Assembly (NCBI GenBank): GCA_027001995.1
Contig: JALTLO010000133.1
Location: forward strand, 120,718 to 135,448
Reading direction: 5' to 3'
DNA length: 14,731 nt
DNA from: Planctomycetota bacterium
Lineage (GTDB): Bacteria > Planctomycetota > GCA-002687715 > DRQF01
Within the stretch, counting starts at the first letter, position 1; every line of letters starts with the position of its first letter. The position numbers were made by a program, and so were the translations under genes. The notes under the pieces were generated by a model. The model had not been told where the DNA came from and made no database searches. It saw only the letters and a program-made list of their open reading frames with translations. Shown here piece by piece: positions 8,603 to 14,731 of the stretch.

Positions 8603-10099
8603 ATGACCGAACGCCGTGAAATCGTGGTCCTCAGTGACCCAGAGCCCCAGATCCTTGATGTCACGGAGAAACTCCGCGCTCATGGCTGGCGGGTGCATGT
8701 CACACACCGACCCTATGAAGCAGCCCTTTTCATGGTGCAACATCGTGCTCATTCCCTGTTTATTCGAGAACATCTCTTAGACGAAAACACCCAAGATTTC
8801 TTAAGCCAAATTCGAGACTTAGAACATCGTCCCTATGTTGTTCTTTCCCATCACAACCAAAACTCTGCATTAGAGCACACGTCATTAGTTGACTGCATTC
8901 TTGCCGAACCCGTCTCATTTGATGATTTGCGGGACGCCCTGGAGTATGACCAACCCAGAGTGGAAGAAGCAGCCTCCACACCGACCACCATGGGAGCAAG
9001 TTTTGCCACCCACGGAAGACCTCAAAGCGTAGAAATTGACTTGGGTGCCAGAGAGCGCCGCGAACAAATTGTCCGAGCGTGCTGTTCACTTTCTGAGTTA
9101 GAAAGAGACCGCGAGCTCCTCATCACCCAGGCTTTGGAGTTCTTCATGGATGTCACCCAGGCATCCAGAGCGTCCTTGATGCTTTTGGACGAGAGTCGAG
9201 AGAACTTAGAAATTGTTCGCCGTCAAGGTTTCCCCCGTCATACTCCAAGCCCGATCAAGATCAAGCTTGGTGAAGACATCGCAGGAACAGTCTGCTTGCG
9301 CGGAGAACCCCTCCTCATCGAAGTCGATGATCGCCTCAAGACTAAATCAAACCGCGGATACCGGGGCCCTTCCTTTCTCGTCGTCCCCCTCCGTTGCCGT
9401 GCTACGACCATCGGTGTCGTCAACTTGACCAATAAAGCGAACAACGGCCGATTTACTCAAGAAGATCTCCGCATCGCCATGATGCTCGCGGACCAAACAG
9501 CAATCACCTTGGCCAACGCCGATACTTTTGCCGACCTTCACGCTATGACTGTCATCGACCCTTTGACTCACCTCTACAATCGACGTCATTTTGATCGTGA
9601 ATTGAAAAAAGAACTGGAGCGAGCCAGGCGCTATGGTCGTCGCCTCACCTTAGCCTTGCTTGACATTGATAACTTCAAGCTCTTCAATGACATCAATGGC
9701 TACGTCACCGGCGACGCCATTATCAAACAGGTCGGCTTGGTTCTCCAAGAGAATTTCCGCGAAGTGGATATTGTCACGCGCTGGGGCGGTGATGAATTCG
9801 CCGTTCTCCTCCCGGATACGGGAAGCCCTGGAGGGGCAGGATCTATGACTCCCAGTAACTTCATCGAGCGTGTCCGCAGCGCAGTGGATGGCGCTGACTT
9901 CAGCACCACCGTTCCAGAAGCTGCTGGACGCATCACCTTGTCAGCAGGGGTGGCAACCTATCCTCTTGATTGCCGTAATGAGGCCGAGCTCTTTAGGGAA
10001 GCAAACTTAGCATTGGCTCGGGCCAAAAAAGAAGGCAACAACCGAACCTGCTATGCCCGGGACAACACGGACGACGACACTCTCGAAGCCAGCGGATAG
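8603..10099 (+). CDS. Diguanylate cyclase: degenerate REC-like domain + GAF + GGDEF
   Basis: DPLTHLYNRR, LDIDNFKLFND, I-site RxxD (REVD), intact RWGGDEF, ITLSAGVA. GAF features ASLMLLD...GEDIAGTV...LVVPL...IGVVNL. Start likely 8603 or 8597 rather than GTG 8510, whose extension is not domain-like. Confidence 0.92.
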   Translation: MTERREIVVLSDPEPQILDVTEKLRAHGWRVHVTHRPYEAALFMVQHRAHSLFIREHLLDENTQDFLSQIRDLEHRPYVVLSHHNQNSALEHTSLVDCILAEPVSFDDLRDALEYDQPRVEEAASTPTTMGASFATHGRPQSVEIDLGARERREQIVRACCSLSELERDRELLITQALEFFMDVTQASRASLMLLDESRENLEIVRRQGFPRHTPSPIKIKLGEDIAGTVCLRGEPLLIEVDDRLKTKSNRGYRGPSFLVVPLRCRATTIGVVNLTNKANNGRFTQEDLRIAMMLADQTAITLANADTFADLHAMTVIDPLTHLYNRRHFDRELKKELERARRYGRRLTLALLDIDNFKLFNDINGYVTGDAIIKQVGLVLQENFREVDIVTRWGGDEFAVLLPDTGSPGGAGSMTPSNFIERVRSAVDGADFSTTVPEAAGRITLSAGVATYPLDCRNEAELFREANLALARAKKEGNNRTCYARDNTDDDTLEASG

Positions 10100-10122
10100 A
10101 GTTTTCCCACGGACTCTTGCTC

Positions 10123-10143
10123 AGGCATGGTGCTTTCTTTTTG
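10123..10143 (+). terminator. Weak candidate intrinsic terminator after the diguanylate cyclase
   Basis: AGGCA-TGG-TGCTT short stem with a G-U pair, followed by TCTTTTTG, in the gap between convergent genes. Confidence 0.3.
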
Positions 10144-10151
10144 TCCTGAAC

Positions 10152-10174
10152 TATAGAGGAGAATCTTCTCTATA
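10152..10174. repeat. Near-perfect inverted repeat between convergent genes
   Basis: TATAGAGGAGA-A-TCTTCTCTATA: 11-bp arms with one G-T pair; no U-tract. Confidence 0.7.
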
Positions 10175-10211
10175 CTTCACCACAAACGATCGAGGGTCTT
10201 TCGCCGCCATG

Positions 10212-12023
10212 TCATTTCTTGATATTGCGCAGAACATCCTCAACCGGAAGCAACGACGTCCCGGGAATCGTGAAAATAAGAGCAGGGAACTCAGAAGAAC
10301 GTCCCAAGAGATGGACATCGTCCACATGATTCCCCACGATGAGATACTTCTCATCCAGATGTCTGGGTGCCCAAGAATCAACTCCCGCAATGGGCGTCCG
10401 CTCTTTGTGGGTCCAGTGAATTTCATAAGTGGGCGCGGCAAAATCCTTGGCAATTTTCGCCGGATCTTGCTCTCCGAGGAAAGACTCCACTGAGACCTGA
10501 GACAAGAGATTGAGCAATCCCGTCATGAAATCTTCGGGGAACTCAAATTCCTTAAAGTCCTTGGCTTGGACTCCGTCAACCAACTTAGATGTGAGGACCC
10601 AATGCCCTTCCCGTTCCGAGCGTGTGACACGCCATGCCACACCATTTTTCTCGGTGATGACGATGTCGTTGATTTGGGCCGCAGCCCCAACGCAAACATA
10701 ATGCGCCATAACGTCCCAGTAGCGGGTTTTCAGTAAATCCGTTACTTCTGGGCCAACCGTGTACTCGACGTTTTCGTCTGATCGCCAAACGAATCGATTC
10801 CCGTCGTCGTCAGGCTTCGAAAAGGAAACAAGCACACTGGGCAACTCAAGCTCGGGCTGAAAACCAAATTCCAGTTGATATTCCGCAGTTCGGGCTTCGC
10901 TGATTTTGTGTCTTGCCTTCGTCTGAATACTGAGCAAAGCCGACTGAAAACTGCGCATCTCCGTACCGTCAACCAACCAGCTCAAGTTGGTACCGAATTT
11001 GAGGGTCCAAAATCTGTTCTCAAGAACCAAACGCAGGGGACGCCCTTCAGGATGGAGGATACTGATGGCGGCCAGTTCATTGGGGTCAATTCCAATGAGA
11101 TGGGTGTCTTCTAAGTCGGAAGCGTGAATATCTAAGAATCGCAGCACCTCTGGGTCGAGCTTCCTGACATCTGGTTCATCAGAGCGGCGAGCGAGAATGC
11201 GGTCACGCTCAAGAGTCATTACTTTTTTCTTGACTTCCTTCGTCATCCCCGAGATCTTCACGACAATTTCAGGGGTATCCAGTTTCTTTTCGGCATCACT
11301 CGCTTTCAAGGGGCGCCCCCGAGCCGCTGAAAGCGCTACAGTCACTTGATCCACCAACGAACTCTTGGCTCGTCGTCGCTCACCATCCCCCAACTCCACG
11401 TACCATTGGGTTGCTGTCTTGACTAAGGCGAACTTCTCACCATTTCGGCGCTGAAAATCGAAACGTTCCGCAAGGTGGCTTGGGATGTCACACATTCTCG
11501 GATCTCGAAACCACAAGGGCTCACGACTCAGATCCGCAACAACACGGGCAGGAAATGAAAAGGCATATTCGTCCCCTTTGGCTCGAATCAAGATTTCTTG
11601 ATTGAGGTCAGGCTGTCCGATCTCGAAGACATGAATCCCGCTGCCATCTTCAATTGACAACTCAATATTGGGCGGTTCTAAACCCCATTCTGCCAATTTC
11701 AGGTCGGCCACCCTTCGGCTCCCTGAAGGTCGGGCATCTTGCAAGAAACCAACAACCCTTCCATACATGTTTCGATTGACCGCAACAGGGACTCCCCCAG
11801 CCACACCAGGCGCTACGAATTCAACATCAAGGCCATGAGCGCGGATGGTCCAGCTCCCATGGGCCTTGGTGGTGCAAGTCAAACTCTTGAGAGAACCAAA
11901 ATCAATCTTGGTCAGTGGGCTGGTGAGGGGTGCAGGTTGTTCTTCTTCCTGCTGAAGTAAGAAAGAAGCAACGGCAGCAAGAACCACCAGGACGATCATC
12001 ATGACTAAGGAATTCTTCGCCAT
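10212..12023 (-). CDS. DUF4340-like exported or membrane-anchored protein with tandem repeats
   Basis: Start reassigned to ATG 12023 (MAKNSLVMMIVLVVLAAVASFLL, a signal anchor) with GGAGG upstream, 2 nt after the preceding stop. Motifs LAEWGLEPP, FEIG and FRDPR; position after GldAFG-like genes is typical for DUF4340. Confidence 0.75.
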   Translation of the reverse strand: MAKNSLVMMIVLVVLAAVASFLLQQEEEQPAPLTSPLTKIDFGSLKSLTCTTKAHGSWTIRAHGLDVEFVAPGVAGGVPVAVNRNMYGRVVGFLQDARPSGSRRVADLKLAEWGLEPPNIELSIEDGSGIHVFEIGQPDLNQEILIRAKGDEYAFSFPARVVADLSREPLWFRDPRMCDIPSHLAERFDFQRRNGEKFALVKTATQWYVELGDGERRRAKSSLVDQVTVALSAARGRPLKASDAEKKLDTPEIVVKISGMTKEVKKKVMTLERDRILARRSDEPDVRKLDPEVLRFLDIHASDLEDTHLIGIDPNELAAISILHPEGRPLRLVLENRFWTLKFGTNLSWLVDGTEMRSFQSALLSIQTKARHKISEARTAEYQLEFGFQPELELPSVLVSFSKPDDDGNRFVWRSDENVEYTVGPEVTDLLKTRYWDVMAHYVCVGAAAQINDIVITEKNGVAWRVTRSEREGHWVLTSKLVDGVQAKDFKEFEFPEDFMTGLLNLLSQVSVESFLGEQDPAKIAKDFAAPTYEIHWTHKERTPIAGVDSWAPRHLDEKYLIVGNHVDDVHLLGRSSEFPALIFTIPGTSLLPVEDVLRNIKK

Positions 12024-12025
12024 CG

Positions 12026-13624
12026 TTAGCGCCTCCGCCAAAAGAATACGAGTGCCCCGAAGAGCAAGAAAAGTCCGGGGAAAATGGCGACGGTCAGCAA
12101 CATGTAACTGCGCTCTCGGCCGCCCTCGAGATTGACGAGAGAACCACGAAAACGTCTGGGTGTCCCCATGATGAGTTGTTTCGTGTCGGTAAGCCAATAA
12201 ATCGAATTCATCATAAGATCAAGATTCGCCGCTTCCACACGGCGGCGAAGAGGCCCTTCCTTCAACCAATCGTCACTGCCAACCACCACAACTTTTCCCG
12301 GTGCTTTCCCTTTTTCCCCTTCCAGCTCCAAAGCCAACATGAGAGGGAAGTCACCTTTCGTGACTCCGGCTTCAGGGGCATGTCGAAAGAGACGTCCATC
12401 AAAACGCCAAGGCATGGCCGTGGCACCGGCGGTGGAATGCAGAAGAATTGAACGTTTAACACGATCCCGTTCATAGTCTTCCAATAGAGAATAGGCATGA
12501 GAATTGCCGAGGTCGACAGGAAGACGTTCTCGAACCGTTGCTTGAGTAATCTCGTGTGGCGGGCCTTTAGCTGGTCGCAAAAGATCCGAGCCATAGAGCC
12601 AGTAGCGGCCGAAGCGTCTGCGATTGAGAGTATCGTGTCCCACCTGGACCGCCATCATACGTGCCCCCAAACGCTCAAGAAGATCTGGAAACGCTTCTTT
12701 GGTGTCATTGCCTTGCACCAAGAATGCGCGTCCCCCCTCCTCGACGAATCTTTGCAACTCTAAGAGAGCTTGAGTTGGCCAGGTTCTCGACGGTGAGAAA
12801 ATCATCAACAAATCGCACTCTTTTGGTATCTGGGGCTTGTCCCCCAAAAGTTCTACGGCATAGATTTCGAAATTGTCGTTCTTGAGAGTCTCAACAACAC
12901 TGCTGAGATTCCTTTCTCCATGTCCGGCGGCGATTCCGATGCGAACTTGCTTTCTTTCCACCACGCTGCGCAACCCAATGACAATGCGGGTTTCCAAGAA
13001 ATCTCCGGTGACCGATGGGGGGATGAAACCAAGGGTTGGGTCTGGTCCTCCCAAGTCGACTTCATAGAAATCATAGAGGCTCAGGACTTTCTTCGCTTTC
13101 GTTTTCGGATTGTAGAAGACCACATGATTGAGCATCTGGCCCGGTGCCATTCTCAGATTTCTCTGCAATGATATAGGCTCATCCCGCTCAATCTCGCTGT
13201 CAATGATTCGAGTGTGGATTTTCTCACTATGTCCCACCACCTCGTCCATCATCAAAGAAAAGTTGGATACCATATGAGTGAGGCAAGGCCGGTAATAGCG
13301 ATCAATATATCCCGTATCGAAGCTACGATCGTGAATGGTCTTCTTGGCCGCCGCCTGCATGTGCTCATCAATGCCGTACACCAAATAGACTTGAAGGGGG
13401 TCTTTGATCCCTCGGACGAATTTCTTCGTCGCGTCTTCAAGGGAGAGCGACTTATTACGAGTTAGGTCGAAGCGCAGATCTCTTTTCTTGCCGAGGGCGT
13501 ACATGCTGTAGTTAACAAAGACAACCACCAAGATCGCAAGGCTCGAAACTAAGAGAACATTGGCCGCAATCTTGGAGCGCACTTGGCCGTCGAATGCTTC
13601 CTTTTGTACCCGAGGATCGTTCAT
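12026..13624 (-). CDS. GldG-like ABC transporter auxiliary component
   Basis: N-terminal TM followed by RFDLT..SLSL, GHGE motif, IPKECDLLMIFSP, GKVVVVGSDDW, NLDLMMNSIYWL, C-terminal TM plus WRRR. Start 13624 (ATGA overlap, GAGG 8 nt upstream) preferred over 13630. Confidence 0.85.
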   Translation of the reverse strand: MNDPRVQKEAFDGQVRSKIAANVLLVSSLAILVVVFVNYSMYALGKKRDLRFDLTRNKSLSLEDATKKFVRGIKDPLQVYLVYGIDEHMQAAAKKTIHDRSFDTGYIDRYYRPCLTHMVSNFSLMMDEVVGHSEKIHTRIIDSEIERDEPISLQRNLRMAPGQMLNHVVFYNPKTKAKKVLSLYDFYEVDLGGPDPTLGFIPPSVTGDFLETRIVIGLRSVVERKQVRIGIAAGHGERNLSSVVETLKNDNFEIYAVELLGDKPQIPKECDLLMIFSPSRTWPTQALLELQRFVEEGGRAFLVQGNDTKEAFPDLLERLGARMMAVQVGHDTLNRRRFGRYWLYGSDLLRPAKGPPHEITQATVRERLPVDLGNSHAYSLLEDYERDRVKRSILLHSTAGATAMPWRFDGRLFRHAPEAGVTKGDFPLMLALELEGEKGKAPGKVVVVGSDDWLKEGPLRRRVEAANLDLMMNSIYWLTDTKQLIMGTPRRFRGSLVNLEGGRERSYMLLTVAIFPGLFLLFGALVFFWRRR

Positions 13625-14352
13625 CGCCATTTCCTCAACTCAACAACTCTCGTGGTCCAATAGAGAATCAGGATGGTCACTGACAATTGAAACACCAGTT
13701 GTCTCAAGTCAATAAGGCCAAGAACTGCCGTTTGCATGTGACGTTGTAAGTCGACATAGGAAAAGAGCTTGGCCCATGTTGATCCGCTTTCAAACTGGTA
13801 TTGAAAACGACCGAGAGCAAACATCAAGAAATTGCCCATGAATGCCAGAAGTGCCGCCCATAATTGCATCCGGCTCATAGCCGAAGCCAAAGTTCCGAGG
13901 GCCAAATAGATCAGAGCAACGCTCACAACCCCGGAAGACATGGCAACGAGCTGCCCCCAATCAATCTGACCGTCGAAAAACACTGCCAATGTGAGATGAG
14001 AGACCCAAATAGGCGCCATGAATGTGGCAAAAACGATCACGCTCGATACGTACTTAGCCGTTACGACTTGTCCATCGTCTACCGGAGCCGTCATGAGCAA
14101 CTCCAAAGAACCCGATCGTTTTTCTTCCGCCAACAGTCTCATGGTTAACAACGGTGTGAGGGCCATGGTGAGTATGTAGAGCCACATCGTAGAACCATAA
14201 AGCGCGCGGCTTGTGTCGTAGCCCACCACAACGAGCTGGTCAAAGAAAGAGAAGGCCGTGATACTTGAGACCACCGCCAGCAAAACGTAATAGCCGAATG
14301 AAGTGAATGTGGACTGCAATTCTCTTCGCAGAAGAATGACAAAACCTCTCAT
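13621..14352 (-). CDS. ABC-2 type permease, GldF-like
   Basis: RRELQSTF, PLLTMRLLAEEKRSGSLELLMTAPV..QVVTAKY, about six TM segments; ATGA overlap with the ATPase stop. Confidence 0.92.
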   Translation of the reverse strand: MRGFVILLRRELQSTFTSFGYYVLLAVVSSITAFSFFDQLVVVGYDTSRALYGSTMWLYILTMALTPLLTMRLLAEEKRSGSLELLMTAPVDDGQVVTAKYVSSVIVFATFMAPIWVSHLTLAVFFDGQIDWGQLVAMSSGVVSVALIYLALGTLASAMSRMQLWAALLAFMGNFLMFALGRFQYQFESGSTWAKLFSYVDLQRHMQTAVLGLIDLRQLVFQLSVTILILYWTTRVVELRKWR

Positions 14353-14731
14353 GAAATCGAGCCCTCATCATCCTTAATGAGTTTGAGGAAGACTTCCTCT
14401 AAGCTCAGGTCGTCACTCCTCACTTCCAAAATACCTGCACCATTCTCGACGAGGCTCGCTATGGTTCGGGAACGACCACCTTCTTTGTCATCACTTTGAC
14501 ACTTCAAAGAAAACACTCCGCCACCCAAATCGAGAGATTCCTTGATTTGGATGGAAGCAACTTCCACGGCATGTGCAGTCATGTCCTTCAAGTCCCCTCT
14601 GCCCTTCACATAAAAATTGTCGACTTCGTCTCTTTTCTTCAGATCCGCGATGCTTTCTTGTGCCAAAACTCGCCCACCGTGGATGACGATGACGCGGTCA
14701 CAAGTGGCTTCGACTTCGGGGAGAATGTGAG
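14349..14731 (-). CDS. ABC transporter ATP-binding protein, GldA-like (C-terminal part; 5' end outside the window)
   Basis: Frame open to the edge: HILPEVEATCDRVIVIHGGRV (H-loop) ... SLEEVFLKL. The 105-aa track ORF is only its tail. Confidence 0.9.
   Translation of the reverse strand, partial: HILPEVEATCDRVIVIHGGRVLAQESIADLKKRDEVDNFYVKGRGDLKDMTAHAVEVASIQIKESLDLGGGVFSLKCQSDDKEGGRSRTIASLVENGAGILEVRSDDLSLEEVFLKLIKDDEGSIS

Noticed and set aside
10053..10493. 146-aa plus-strand ORF and the other short track ORFs overlapping assigned genes
   Set aside because: Alternative-frame or antisense overlaps of well-supported genes, with no motifs or ribosome-binding support.
12026..12110. C-terminal TM plus WRRR as a PEP-CTERM-like sorting signal
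   Set aside because: No PEP motif, and this tail is normal for GldG-family proteins.
12024..12197. 58-aa N-terminal extension of the DUF4340-like ORF in the track
   Set aside because: Overlaps the GldG-like gene; ATG 12023 has a GGAGG SD and begins a signal anchor.

Overview
Bacterial chromosomal window of roughly 50% GC; the protein content weakly suggests a Planctomycetota-like diderm, which is not provable here. From right to left on the minus strand: (1) a GldA/GldF/GldG-like ABC module plus a tandem-repeat DUF4340-like protein (ATPase truncated by the window edge); (2) a five-gene envelope cluster: an ArnC/GtrB-like GT2, a second GT2 that has lost its DxD motif, a PEP-CTERM-type FemAB-like protein, an orphan sigma54 response regulator with four altered AAA+ motifs, and LpxH; (3) cmk and rpsA (truncated at the left edge and absent from the ORF track, which shows only its antisense shadow). 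One plus-strand gene, a pseudo-receiver/GAF/GGDEF diguanylate cyclase, is divergent from the envelope cluster. No rRNA, tRNA, CRISPR or transposase was seen. The most interesting signals are the divergent enhancer-binding protein, the active/degenerate GT2 pair, a perfect 31-bp intergenic palindrome, and palindrome-rich intergenic regions.
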